Under the pieces are notes generated by a model. It was not told the DNA's origin, ran no database searches, and saw only the letters and a list, made by a program, of their open reading frames with translations. Both the position numbers and the translations under genes were made by a program. From an uncultured Clostridia bacterium (GTDB lineage Bacteria; Bacillota; Clostridia; Christensenellales; CAG-917), in NCBI GenBank assembly GCA_947628855.1, contig CANRBM010000004.1, positions 1 through 49,849 of the forward strand: a DNA stretch of 49,849 nucleotides, given 5' to 3'. Positions 1 through 9,790 of the stretch are shown piece by piece (positions within the stretch are counted from its first letter, which is position 1; each line of letters starts with the position of its first letter).

Positions 1-2087
1 TGTGTCCCGTGTGCGGGGAGCGCTTCTTTGCCCCGGGCGCGGAGGAGCTCGCCTTCAACTCGCAGGGCGCTTGCAAGCGCTGCGACGGTACGGGAGTCGT
101 GCGCATAGTTGACGAGTCTACCCTAGTCCCCGACGAAAACCTCTCCATAGACGAGGGCGCGGTCGCGCCGTGGCAGACGCTGATGTGGTCGCTCATGAAG
201 GACATAGCGCGCGCTATGGGCGTGAGGACGGACGTCCCTTTCAAGGAGCTGACCCCCGAGGAGCGCGACATAGTATTCCACGGCCCCGCCGTCAAAAAGA
301 ATATAATCTATCAAAACAAGACGAGCGGCGCGATGGGCGATATGGATTTCACCTATTTCAACGCCACCTACACCGTTGAAAACGCGCTGTCCAAGGTCAA
401 GGACGAAAAGGGCATGAAACGCGTGGAAAAATTCTTGCGCACGGACGTATGCCCTGACTGCGGCGGGACAAGGCTTTCGGGAGCCGCCCGCTCTCCAAAG
501 CTGAGAGGGCTGTCCCTCGCGGAAGTCTGCACTATGACGCTCACGGAGGCTATAGAGTGGGTGCGCGGCGTGCCCGACTCCCTGCCAGAGGAGATGCGCC
601 CCATGGCAAGGAGCATATGCGACTCCTTTGACGGCGCGGCAAAGCGGCTCATGGATCTGGGACTCGGCTATCTCACCCTCGACCGCGCCTCGTCCACGCT
701 GTCCACGGGAGAAAGGCAACGTATGCAGCTCGCCCGCGCCGTAAGAAATCGCACCACAGGTGTGCTTTACATCCTCGACGAGCCCTCGATCGGCTTGCAC
801 CCATCCAACCTCGAGGGACTCAAAGGCGTCATGGACGACCTCATCGCGGACGGAAATTCCGTCGTGCTCGTAGATCACGACGTAAACGTGCTCAGACACG
901 CCGACCACTTCATAGAGCTGGGTCCCTGCGCGGGCGCGGACGGCGGAGAGATAATCGCGCAAGGCAGCCTTTGCGACATCGAAAATTCTCCCGCCTCCAA
1001 ACTCGGCGGCTTCCTCTCGGGCGAAAAAGTCATAGAGACAGGCGAACATCCATCGTCCGAAGAAATGTTCGCATTTGGCAAAATCGAGCTTTTAACATCT
1101 CAGATCCACACTGTAAAACCCCTGTTTGCGTCAATTCCCAAAGGTAGGATGACCGCGGTGACCGGCGTTTCGGGCTCGGGCAAAACTACGCTCGTGCTCG
1201 AGAGCCTCATACCCGCGCTGGAGGCAAACATCAAGGGCGCGCCCCTTCCTCCGCATGTAAAAAGCGTACGCGCGGACGGCATTGCGCAAGTCAAACTCAT
1301 AGACTCCGCGCCCATAGGCATAAACGTCCGCTCTACCGTCGCGACATACGCGGACGTACACGACGAACTTCGCAAAGTCTTTGCAAAGACCGCGGACGCA
1401 AAAGAGAGAAAACTCAAGGACGGCGATTTTTCATACAATACGGGCAAACTGCGCTGTCCCACCTGCGACGGCACGGGCACGATAAGTCTGGACGTGCAAT
1501 TTTTGCCCGACGTGGACATCCCCTGCCCCGACTGCGGCGGCTCCCGCTACGGCAAAGAGGCAAGCCTCGTGAAACGGACGTCAAAGGACGGAGAGGCGCA
1601 CTCCCTGCCCGAACTCATGGATATGAGCGTGGACGAGGCGCTGAAAGCATGCGACGACCTGCCGCAGGTGAAGCGCAAACTCGGCGTATTGCACGACCTC
1701 GGCTTAGGCTATCTCACCCTCGGCGAGCAGACCCCCGCACTGTCCGGCGGAGAGGCGCAACGCCTCAAGCTCGCGAGCGAAATGGGCAAGGGACAGTCCG
1801 ATACGGTGTTCGTATTTGACGAGCCGACTATAGGGCTGCATCCCCTCGACGTAAAAGTGCTGCTGGGCGTTTTCAACTCTCTCATTCAAAATGGCGCGAC
1901 CGTCATCGTCATCGAGCACGACCTCGACGTCATCAAAAACGCAGACTACGTCATAGATATGGGCCCGGGCGGCGGCGAAGAAGGCGGTAAAATAGTCGCC
2001 ACGGGCACCCCCGCTGAGCTCGCAAACGCCCCCCAAAGCATAACGGGCAAATACCTCAAAGAACACATATCCGCGCGCAAAGAGTGA
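1..2087 (+). CDS. uvrA: UvrA-like ABC ATPase (excinuclease ABC subunit A family, probably the short UvrA2 type); 5' end lies outside the window
   Basis: The frame is open from the window edge (CPVC). CxxC zinc fingers, LSTGERQR and LSGGEAQR signatures, Walker A GVSGSGKT, Walker B DEP, C-terminal SITGKYL. Confidence 0.9.
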   Translation, partial: CPVCGERFFAPGAEELAFNSQGACKRCDGTGVVRIVDESTLVPDENLSIDEGAVAPWQTLMWSLMKDIARAMGVRTDVPFKELTPEERDIVFHGPAVKKNIIYQNKTSGAMGDMDFTYFNATYTVENALSKVKDEKGMKRVEKFLRTDVCPDCGGTRLSGAARSPKLRGLSLAEVCTMTLTEAIEWVRGVPDSLPEEMRPMARSICDSFDGAAKRLMDLGLGYLTLDRASSTLSTGERQRMQLARAVRNRTTGVLYILDEPSIGLHPSNLEGLKGVMDDLIADGNSVVLVDHDVNVLRHADHFIELGPCAGADGGEIIAQGSLCDIENSPASKLGGFLSGEKVIETGEHPSSEEMFAFGKIELLTSQIHTVKPLFASIPKGRMTAVTGVSGSGKTTLVLESLIPALEANIKGAPLPPHVKSVRADGIAQVKLIDSAPIGINVRSTVATYADVHDELRKVFAKTADAKERKLKDGDFSYNTGKLRCPTCDGTGTISLDVQFLPDVDIPCPDCGGSRYGKEASLVKRTSKDGEAHSLPELMDMSVDEALKACDDLPQVKRKLGVLHDLGLGYLTLGEQTPALSGGEAQRLKLASEMGKGQSDTVFVFDEPTIGLHPLDVKVLLGVFNSLIQNGATVIVIEHDLDVIKNADYVIDMGPGGGEEGGKIVATGTPAELANAPQSITGKYLKEHISARKE

Positions 2088-2382
2088 CCTGCGCCGTATT
2101 TGGTATAATTTAAAAATTGATATGGCGTCCCACACTCCGCGCAAGACATAAAATCAAAACAGCGAAAGACCCCGCACGCTGTGTTTTATTGCTTGCATAA
2201 TATATTTTTCAAGCCTGAGCAATAGGAGAATGTATTCCCGCAATTTGGGCAACATCCAAACAAATTCGAACAAAAAAATCTGTCATAAAAATTTGCAATT
2301 TTATAAGCATAAGGTATAAAATCGATTCAGAGATATTGCGTTTTAGTATGGAATTTAATGAAACCAAAAAAAGGAGATAAAT

Positions 2383-2919
2383 ATGAGCATATTCGATGAG
2401 TTAATAAAGTTGGATGAAACGGGAAATATACGTTTTACAAGATGGATAGAATGGCGGCATCGCAGTATAGGCTTAATACATTGTTCTACATGTGTTGCCC
2501 TTGATAAGTGTTGGTTTTTGGATATGAAAAAGCCCAAACACCCTCAACATAACAATTGTCATTGCTATATGGTTCAAATACCTACGCCAAATTGTGACAA
2601 CACAAAAGCGGAATGTCCGTTGGATAAATTCACGGGATACATTTTTGCCGATAAATATTCATGGAATGGAAAGAGAAAATTGTATGAGACGTTAGGTTTT
2701 ACAATTGAAGATGCTACATACCTGAAAAAGGAGTATGAACATCAGGCACAGGCGGAATATTGCAAAGGTAATTATCAACTTGGTAAACTAGATTCAAGAG
2801 GACAAAGAATAAATATCGATATTAAATTTATGCGAAATAACAGGCAAATTGTTTTTACTTCCGGATGGATGGTTAGAGCAAAAGGTCTGATAACAAATAA
2901 TACTCCACTTGGAGATTAG
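2383..2919 (+). CDS. Putative toxin: phage MuF-like Cys/His motif fused to a DUF6883-like C-terminal domain
   Basis: RBS AGGAG. The CxxC...PxHxNCxC motif is typical of the MuF C-terminus. The rest (K-F-x-x-Y, LGF, SGW...LIT) resembles DUF6883 by eye. AT-rich relative to the flanks. Confidence 0.55.
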   Translation: MSIFDELIKLDETGNIRFTRWIEWRHRSIGLIHCSTCVALDKCWFLDMKKPKHPQHNNCHCYMVQIPTPNCDNTKAECPLDKFTGYIFADKYSWNGKRKLYETLGFTIEDATYLKKEYEHQAQAEYCKGNYQLGKLDSRGQRINIDIKFMRNNRQIVFTSGWMVRAKGLITNNTPLGD

Positions 2920-2929
2920 AAGGTGACAA

Positions 2930-3157
2930 ATGAAATATCTTGATTTGGTGGAACTGATCGTAGAAAAGCCGGCATATTTGAAAGCAGGAGTAAAACGTGG
3001 CGATTTTGGAGCTGTTATGTCAAAAGAAGCAATAGACGGCAAATGGCAGGTCGTATTCTCCGAGTTTTACACCGGCAAAGATATTGCGGATATTATGGTG
3101 TATGAAAACGATTTGAAGGTGCACGATTTTGTTCCTTTGGACAGATATCCAAAATAG
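2930..3157 (+). CDS. Small DUF4926-like protein, putative antitoxin or immunity partner
   Basis: 75 aa, starting 10 bp after the upstream ORF. Pattern D-x-V-E-L...G-V-K-x-G-D-x-G-x-V...V-x-F is SH3-like, as in DUF4926. Confidence 0.55.
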   Translation: MKYLDLVELIVEKPAYLKAGVKRGDFGAVMSKEAIDGKWQVVFSEFYTGKDIADIMVYENDLKVHDFVPLDRYPK

Positions 3158-3565
3158 CAATGCATGACGCAAACAATATGTGAAGCGGGGGTCTCCGCCG
3201 CTTCGCAGCCCATACGGGAGCGGTGGCGGCATAGCCGACAGCGGATGCAGCTCCCGCACGCAGAGCGAAAGCCTCTTCTGTTTGTTTATAAATGTATATC
3301 TAACGAGGTCAAACATATAGTTGCTTATCAAAAAAAAGTCGTGAGCGGAGCAACGATTGCGCAAACTGTACGACATAACAAGCGATTTTTTGCTCGGCTT
3401 GTCCGAAATTTGATACCTGTCGCGAGAAATCGCGCATTTTGGAGCGACGCGACGACCGTATGAGAAAACATAATTTTCAAAATTTTTTTGGAGCATTGAA
3501 CAAGCGCGCCGAAAGTGGTATCATCATATTGCCGACATTCTCGGACAAAACTTTCGGAGGCGCAT

Positions 3566-4540
3566 ATGTGCACAGCGGCAACTTTTAAGACTAAGGACTT
3601 TTATTTCGGAAGAAATCTCGATTATGAATACTCCTACAACGAGACGGTGACGGTGACTCCGCGCAACTTCCCGTTCAAATTCCGCGCGGCGGGCGAGAGC
3701 GAGAGCCACCTCGCGATGATAGGCATGGCGTTTGTGCAGGACGGCTACCCGCTCTATTATGACGCGACGAACGAGGCGGGGCTGAGCATAGCGGGGCTGA
3801 ACTTCCCGAGGAATGCGTTTTATCCGCCAAAAGCCGAAAATATGACGAACGTCGCGCCTTTTGAGTTTATCCCCTACATCCTCTGCGACTGCAAAAGCGT
3901 GAAGGACGCGCGGAAAAAACTTGAAAATCTCAACATATACGACGAAAATTTCTCGCCCGCACTGCCCCACTCTCCCCTGCACTGGCTCATATCCGACAAG
4001 GACGAGAGTATAGTCGTCGAGCCTATGAAGGACGGGCTGAAGGTATACGACGATCCCGTGGGCATACTCACAAACAACCCCTCTTTTGATTTTCATATGA
4101 CAAATCTTGCGACCTATCTCAACGTCACGCGCGAGGAGCCCACAAGCCGTTTCGCGCAGGACTTCGCCCTCACGCCGTACAGCCGCGGCATGGGCGCGAT
4201 AGGCCTCCCCGGGGACTTGTCCTCCGCGTCGAGGTTTGTCAAAGCCGCCTTCACAAAGCTCAACTCCATATCGGGGGACGGCGAGGTCGAGAGCGTAAGC
4301 CAATTCTTCCACATCCTCGGCTCCGTAGAGCAGCAGATGGGATGCTGCAGAGTGGAAAAGGGCTTCGAGCATACGATCTACTCCTCTTGTTGCAACGCGA
4401 CGAAGGGCGTCTACTATTACACCACCTACAATAACTCCCGCATAGTCGGCGTGGATATGCGCCGCGAGGAGCCGGACTCCGCCGCCCTCGTCTCCTACCC
4501 CCTGCAAAAACAGACCGAGCTACTCATACAAAATGTGTGA
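3566..4540 (+). CDS. bsh: Choloylglycine hydrolase (bile salt hydrolase / penicillin V acylase family, Ntn hydrolase)
   Basis: Start MCTA after GGAGG, so the catalytic Cys is residue 2. Motifs FGRNLDYE, NEAGL, LTNNP, GLPGDLSSASRF. Confidence 0.9.
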   Translation: MCTAATFKTKDFYFGRNLDYEYSYNETVTVTPRNFPFKFRAAGESESHLAMIGMAFVQDGYPLYYDATNEAGLSIAGLNFPRNAFYPPKAENMTNVAPFEFIPYILCDCKSVKDARKKLENLNIYDENFSPALPHSPLHWLISDKDESIVVEPMKDGLKVYDDPVGILTNNPSFDFHMTNLATYLNVTREEPTSRFAQDFALTPYSRGMGAIGLPGDLSSASRFVKAAFTKLNSISGDGEVESVSQFFHILGSVEQQMGCCRVEKGFEHTIYSSCCNATKGVYYYTTYNNSRIVGVDMRREEPDSAALVSYPLQKQTELLIQNV

Positions 4541-4831
4541 GATATAACGTGCGGCATATAGACTAAAGCATGAAAAGCGTGGGGACTCAGATAAGGCGGA
4601 CGGCGGGTAAGGGGCGCTCGGACGAAGATGATGATATAATTAGTTGCATATTATGTCCCTTTTGTTTTTGAGCGCGTTTTTTTAATATATTGAACTTGCG
4701 TACTTGCAGGCGGGTGGCGCGCGTGGTAAAATGTAAAGGATAAAAATTTTGCGCTATGTCCCGAAACGGCGGCGCCGGCGCCGCAACAAAATAAGCTACC
4801 CGTGAGGATATCGGGACGGGAGAGGGAGTCC

Positions 4832-5779
4832 ATGAGAGACAGAGTCAAAAAAGCGTTGCTGTTGCTCGCGCTGGGCATAACGGTCAATATCGCGCTTGCC
4901 TTCATAAAACTGTACGTGGGGCTTGCCTCGAACAGCCTTACCATCATGCTGGATTCCATAAACAGCTTTTTCGACATCATCACCTGTTTTGTCACGGTGT
5001 TGGCGTTTTGCGTGCTGCTGCGTTTCAAAAGCGAATCCGCTCCCTACGGGTATGGGCGGAGCGAGTATCTTGCGAGCTTTGTCGTCGCGGTCGTATCCTG
5101 CGTCGTGGGCGGGCTGTTTTTCATAAGATCCCTCAATAGAATGGCTATGCCCGAGCCCGTGTGGTTTGGCGTAGAGAGTTGCGTGCTCATCTCCGTGACT
5201 ATACCAATAAAGCTGGGCGTAGGACTTTTTTATCATTTTGCAAACAAAAAATTGCGCTCAAAGGCGCTTGACGCGATAGCTTTGGACAGCTATTTGGACA
5301 CGGCGATAACCTCCGCCACCCTCGTCTCATTTGTCATTTCGAGCAGAGTGGACTATGCCGTGGACGCGATAGTCGGCATGGTCCTAAGCGTCGTCATCAT
5401 AGTGTTCGCCGTGAAAATGGTCGTGGACAGCGTAAAGGCTGTGGTCTCGGGCGACGTGCCGAAGGACGCGGCGGAGCGCATAAAGGACGCGGCAAGCAAG
5501 CTCCCCTGCGTGGAGAGCGTGGACAGCGTGGTCATACACGATTACGGCTACGGCGAGAAGATAGCCTCCGTATGCGTCAAAGTGAAACGCGGCGTTTCCA
5601 TGGAGGACTTCGACGCGCAACGGCAGGAGCTCTTTCAAACCGTCGTGGCGGATCTCAATGAGGAGTATGCGCCCGAGATACAGCTCGTCCCTAAACTTTC
5701 GCAAGAGGAAAACGCGCCCCCATATGACCAAAACGCCGCCTGTGAACAGGACGAAACAACCGAAACCGACGCCGAATGA
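4832..5779 (+). CDS. Cation diffusion facilitator (CDF) family transporter
   Basis: About 6 TM segments, PYGYGRSEY motif, C-terminal cytosolic domain with HDYG. Start moved to the ATG after GGGAG. Confidence 0.85.
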   Translation: MRDRVKKALLLLALGITVNIALAFIKLYVGLASNSLTIMLDSINSFFDIITCFVTVLAFCVLLRFKSESAPYGYGRSEYLASFVVAVVSCVVGGLFFIRSLNRMAMPEPVWFGVESCVLISVTIPIKLGVGLFYHFANKKLRSKALDAIALDSYLDTAITSATLVSFVISSRVDYAVDAIVGMVLSVVIIVFAVKMVVDSVKAVVSGDVPKDAAERIKDAASKLPCVESVDSVVIHDYGYGEKIASVCVKVKRGVSMEDFDAQRQELFQTVVADLNEEYAPEIQLVPKLSQEENAPPYDQNAACEQDETTETDAE

Positions 5780-6133
5780 GAAACGACAAGAGGCGTGTAT
5801 AAGCACGCTCGGGCAGAGGGTCACTGATATATAACGTAATGCCGGATAGAGGCGCTCGGGTCCCCAAAATAATTATGAAGTGATTTTTTGGGGTGAGTAC
5901 AAGGGGTGCGCTAAATTCAGTGACCCCCACCATCGCGCGATAGCGCGGAGCCTCCCCCTATATAGATGTTTGTCATCTACACCTATGTTGCAGAAGGGAG
6001 ATGCCAACGCTCGGACTAGGGGATTCCTCACTTTACCCCACAAAAACACTGCGTATTTTTGCGGGGACCCCATTATGCTCGGAATGACAGCGCGGACGAC
6101 GCCGACGCGGCAAATTTTAATGAGGCGAATATA

Positions 6134-6162
6134 TTGACTGTAAATAATTATGATGTTAAAAT
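6134..6162 (+). promoter_or_regulatory. Sigma70/SigA-type promoter for the AAA-YbjN operon
   Basis: TTGACT-17 bp-TAAAAT with an extended -10 TG. Confidence 0.6.
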
Positions 6163-6242
6163 CTTTTTATAGGCTTTAATATGTTTTATAAGCATATATT
6201 GGGCTTTGGAACGACAAAAAGATCAAAAAAGGAAGAACGCAT

Positions 6243-8324
6243 ATGAGATTCAAGATCAATGTCGAGCTCGATCCGGAGTGGGTGCTCTCTCATCGTGACG
6301 ACCCCGTTTTGCCCGTCGCGACGCTAATAAACGAGTTTGACAAACATTTTAGGTGCATCATCGACGACAGCGGACCGAGCGAACTTTTGTTCACTGTGGA
6401 ATCCGACAGAGGATTTGAATTTGTCCGCAACAGGATATACGAAATATTCTCATCGATATACGGCGCGCCCGCTCCAAGCGTGATGCGCGTCTCTTTGGCG
6501 GAAAACACTCCGTCTTTCGAGATGGGCGGCGCGACGACATCCACATCGAGCGGCGAAAGGAATGCCGAGGAGTCGGGAGCGACGTCCGCAGACTTCCTTG
6601 ACAGGCTGTGCCGCCGTACGGCGGGCGGAGATACTGCCACGAACGGCCGACCGACTTCTGGGAACGCTGCCGCCCGACCCAAAGGCGGGGACGCAACGAA
6701 TAATATACTTGCCGAGATACAGTCCCTCGTCGGCGCGGAAGAATTTGTCGAGCTTGCAAAGGAACTTGTCAAAATAGCGCCCGAGATAAAGGAGAGAGGG
6801 CTCGAGCGCCTCGTCCTGTCGAGGTGCTACTTGTTTGCGATAAGCGACGGATGCGGTTTTTCAACGGCGGCTTCCCTGCTCGCAAAATTGTACGGGGCGC
6901 TCGGTTTCGCCTGCTATGAGAGCGTGAACGAGATAATTTTGCCCCCATTCACGGACAATATGGATAAGTTGAGACCCGTATTCGCCGCGATAGAGTCTCC
7001 CTCTTCCGACGTCTACCGCACCGTGATATCGCTTGACATAAGCGAGTGGATGAACAAAACTACAAACGTAAATTTCCGAGCCATACTCAAGGCGATAGAG
7101 GCAAACAAGGATCATCTCGTAGTGCTCTTCCGCATACCCTACGTCGAAAAGGAGCTCGTGAGCGGCATAAGCAGGACTTTGAACGATATGATGACAACAA
7201 AGCTCGTCAGCTTCCCTCCCGCCACGCGCGAGCAAATACTTGACTTCGCCAAAAAAGAGCTGGGCGACAAGGGCTTTACGGTGCAAAGCGCCGCGCTCGA
7301 ACAGATCTGGAACAGGCTCAACGAGGAGAAGAGCGACGGCAGATTCTATGGCATCAAGACTGTCAAAAAGGTGCTGGACGAGCTTGTCTATGACAAGATA
7401 GCGAACAGCCACGGCAAATGCGGCAGCGTCATATCGGGCAAGGACGCTTCCGATCTTTTGAAAATGGAAAATCCCGACAAACGCACGGCGCAACAGATGC
7501 TCGACGCTCTTATCGGCAACGAGACTCTAAAAGACCAGCTCAACGCCATAGTCGCGCAGATAAAGCTTGCAAAGCTCTCAGAAGAGGAGACTCCCTGCAT
7601 ACATATGCGCTTCGTCGGCAATCCCGGCACGGGCAAGACTACGGTCGCGAGGATAGTGGGCAAGATGCTAAAGGAGGAAGGCATTCTGCGCATAGGCGGA
7701 TTCTTCGAGGTGAGCGGCAGGGATTTCTGCGGCAGATACATTGGCGAGACAGCACCCAAGACTGCAAGCATATGTAGGGACGCCTACGGCTCCGTCCTGT
7801 TTATCGACGAGGCATATTCCCTCTATCGCAGCAGCGACGAGGATTCGAGAGATTTCGGAAGAGAGGCTCTCGATACGCTCATCGCCGAGATGGAGAACCA
7901 CCGCGACGACTTTGTCGTGATAATGGCGGGATATACGGACGAGATGGACAAGCTCATGCAGGGCAACCGCGGACTCAAGAGCAGAATGCCCTACACTATC
8001 GAATTCCCCAACTTCACGCGCGAACAGCTGTTTGAGATATTCCGCTCCCTGCTTGCGACGCACAAGTATGAAGAACAGCTTGTTGACGTCGCGAAAAAGT
8101 ACTTCGACGAGCTCCCCGAGGACCTCATCACCTCAAAGGAATTCAGCAACGGTCGCTTTGTCCGTAACCTCTACGAGAGGACGTGGGCAAAGGCGGCGCT
8201 GAGATGCCAACTCGCGGGACTTAAGACCGTTACCCTGTCCTGCAAGGACTTCGAGCTCGCTTCCGCCGACAAGGACTTCGCTCTCGACGGCGGCAAGAAA
8301 AAGGCGAGACTCGGATTTTATTGA
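6243..8324 (+). CDS. SpoVK/CbbX/EccA-like AAA+ ATPase with one degenerate and one intact AAA module
   Basis: C-terminal module: HMRFVGNPGTGKTTVAR, GRYIGETAPKT, VLFIDEAYSL, VIMAGY, GLKSR, FSNGRFVRN. The N-terminal module has a decayed P-loop (ISDGCGFST). Confidence 0.85.
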   Translation: MRFKINVELDPEWVLSHRDDPVLPVATLINEFDKHFRCIIDDSGPSELLFTVESDRGFEFVRNRIYEIFSSIYGAPAPSVMRVSLAENTPSFEMGGATTSTSSGERNAEESGATSADFLDRLCRRTAGGDTATNGRPTSGNAAARPKGGDATNNILAEIQSLVGAEEFVELAKELVKIAPEIKERGLERLVLSRCYLFAISDGCGFSTAASLLAKLYGALGFACYESVNEIILPPFTDNMDKLRPVFAAIESPSSDVYRTVISLDISEWMNKTTNVNFRAILKAIEANKDHLVVLFRIPYVEKELVSGISRTLNDMMTTKLVSFPPATREQILDFAKKELGDKGFTVQSAALEQIWNRLNEEKSDGRFYGIKTVKKVLDELVYDKIANSHGKCGSVISGKDASDLLKMENPDKRTAQQMLDALIGNETLKDQLNAIVAQIKLAKLSEEETPCIHMRFVGNPGTGKTTVARIVGKMLKEEGILRIGGFFEVSGRDFCGRYIGETAPKTASICRDAYGSVLFIDEAYSLYRSSDEDSRDFGREALDTLIAEMENHRDDFVVIMAGYTDEMDKLMQGNRGLKSRMPYTIEFPNFTREQLFEIFRSLLATHKYEEQLVDVAKKYFDELPEDLITSKEFSNGRFVRNLYERTWAKAALRCQLAGLKTVTLSCKDFELASADKDFALDGGKKKARLGFY

Positions 8325-8347
8325 TATCAAATATAAAGGAGAATATT

Positions 8348-8833
8348 ATGGCTACGGAACAAGAACTCAAACAGGCGGCAAGCCTATTCAAGACCTTGTG
8401 CGATTATCTGGATGAAAATACATGGAACTACAAAAAGGCGGACGACTCTTTGGGCGTCACATTCGGCACAAAAGGAGACGATCTTCCCATACCAATCATC
8501 ATCAGGATCAACCCCGAGCTTATGGTGCTGTCTATATACGCCACAATGCCCTTCGAGATCCCCGAGGATATGCGCGTGCCTATGGTCGTCGCCGTCACGG
8601 CGGCTACGCACTGCATGGTGGACGGCGGTTTTGACTACGACGTCAAGTCGGGCAAGATACTGTTCAGGATCACATCCACCTTTCGCGAAAGCATAATCGG
8701 CAAAAAACTCATCGAGTATATGCTCGGCTGCGCTTGCGTGATGACAGACGAATTCAACGACAAGTTCTACAAAATGGTACAAGAAAAAATGTCCGCCGGC
8801 GAAATGCTGGATATGATCTATAAGGAGGCGTAA
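8348..8833 (+). CDS. YbjN-like domain protein (T3SS-chaperone-like fold), paralogue 1
   Basis: RBS AAGGAG. About 160 aa, acidic, with a DGGFDYD motif and a C-terminal helix. Aligns along its length with the next ORF. Confidence 0.65.
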   Translation: MATEQELKQAASLFKTLCDYLDENTWNYKKADDSLGVTFGTKGDDLPIPIIIRINPELMVLSIYATMPFEIPEDMRVPMVVAVTAATHCMVDGGFDYDVKSGKILFRITSTFRESIIGKKLIEYMLGCACVMTDEFNDKFYKMVQEKMSAGEMLDMIYKEA

Positions 8834-8835
8834 CT

Positions 8836-9288
8836 ATGGCAAACAATATTTCCGCGACTATATACAGATATCTGTGCGAATTGTTTGACGGCAGAAATTA
8901 TAAGTACACCAAAAACGACGACGAGCTCCGCCTCGAGATCGTCATGGTCGGCGAGGACGAGCCTATGCGCTTCTACATCAACGTAGACGAGGCAAGGTCT
9001 CTCGTGATCTTCAGATCCTTCCTGCCCTTCAAATTCAAAGAGGACAAACGTATAGCGGGCGCTATCGCCGTATGCAATATCAACTATAATGTCTGCGACG
9101 GCTTGTTCAACACCGACGTGCGCAACGGCTCGACTTATTTCAAACTCACAACTTCCTATCGCGACAGCATAATCTCCAAAGCCGTGCTCGAGCAAATGTT
9201 CGAGCTCTCTTGCCAAATGGTCGATAAGTATAACGACCGCCTCGCCGCCGTCAACGACGGCACCCTCGACCCTAACGACATAGGTTGA
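8836..9288 (+). CDS. YbjN-like domain protein, paralogue 2
   Basis: RBS AGGAGG. 150 aa with AVCNINY..DGLFNTD. Clear paralogue of the preceding ORF. Confidence 0.65.
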   Translation: MANNISATIYRYLCELFDGRNYKYTKNDDELRLEIVMVGEDEPMRFYINVDEARSLVIFRSFLPFKFKEDKRIAGAIAVCNINYNVCDGLFNTDVRNGSTYFKLTTSYRDSIISKAVLEQMFELSCQMVDKYNDRLAAVNDGTLDPNDIG

Positions 9289-9298
9289 GTTTGTTTAT

Positions 9299-9556
9299 GT
9301 GGGGTTCCACCCCACTCCCCGGCAAGGGACTTTGTCGCCCCCGCAGGGCTCCTCGCCCTGCATGCCCCAGGTGGGGCGCTGCCCCACACCCCGGCAAGGG
9401 ACTTCGTCCCCTGCACCCCAAGCTAAAAAGCGCGAATGTGGCTCTTTTTAAACCCCACAAAATCACTGCGTAATTTTGCGGGGACCCCTCACATCGCACA
9501 CATTCGCGCTTTTTGATTGTGTGTATGGTATGAATTCCTGCGTGAGAGCTTGATAT
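9299..9556 (+). repeat. Hairpin repeat family A, copy 1 (contains a family B insertion at 9451-9488)
   Basis: GTGGGG..CCCCAC, GGCAAGGGACTTCGTCCCCTGCACCCCAAGCTAAAAA, long stem, TCCTGCGTGAGAGCTTGATAT. Confidence 0.85.
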
Positions 9557-9594
9557 TAGCGTCACGCATAGTCCAAGATTTTTACTATAAAACA

Positions 9595-9679
9595 GGGAGA
9601 TGTTTCGACTTCGCTGCGCTCCGCTCAACATGACATCAAGAATAAACCTGTCATTTCGAGCGTAGTCGAGAAATCCCCT
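9595..9679. repeat. CGTC/TGTCAT-type REP-like palindrome pair (family C); related copies at about 6019-6089, 17421-17690, 19935-20019 and 49326-49441
   Basis: GATGTTTCGACTTCGCT..CGCTCAACATGACA, short spacer, TGTCATTTCGAGCGTAGTCGAGAAATCCC. Confidence 0.8.
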
Positions 9680-9686
9680 AGTTGCA

Positions 9687-9747
9687 CCCCCGCCCTCACT
9701 GGGTAGTTAGCGTGAAACCGCTTGCTCCGCGAAGTCGCTCGGACAAA
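9687..9747 (+). repeat. Repeat family D; further copies at about 33254-33312 and 49451-49508
   Basis: CCCGCCCTCA(C/T)TG..TA...CCGCT(T/C)GCTCCGCG...TCGCTCGGACAA is seen three times. Confidence 0.75.
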
Positions 9748-9790
9748 GCGTCCGCCCGTGTATTAAAACGCTCGGACAATGCTAACATGA

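Noticed and set aside
2383-3157. Prophage
   Set aside because: Only a MuF-like motif is present. There are no structural, packaging, lysis or integration genes, and the flanks are housekeeping genes.
3020-3573. ORFs 3164-3463, 3020-3496 and 3328-3573
   Set aside because: No RBS or recognisable domain; they overlap a structured intergenic region and the bsh promoter area.
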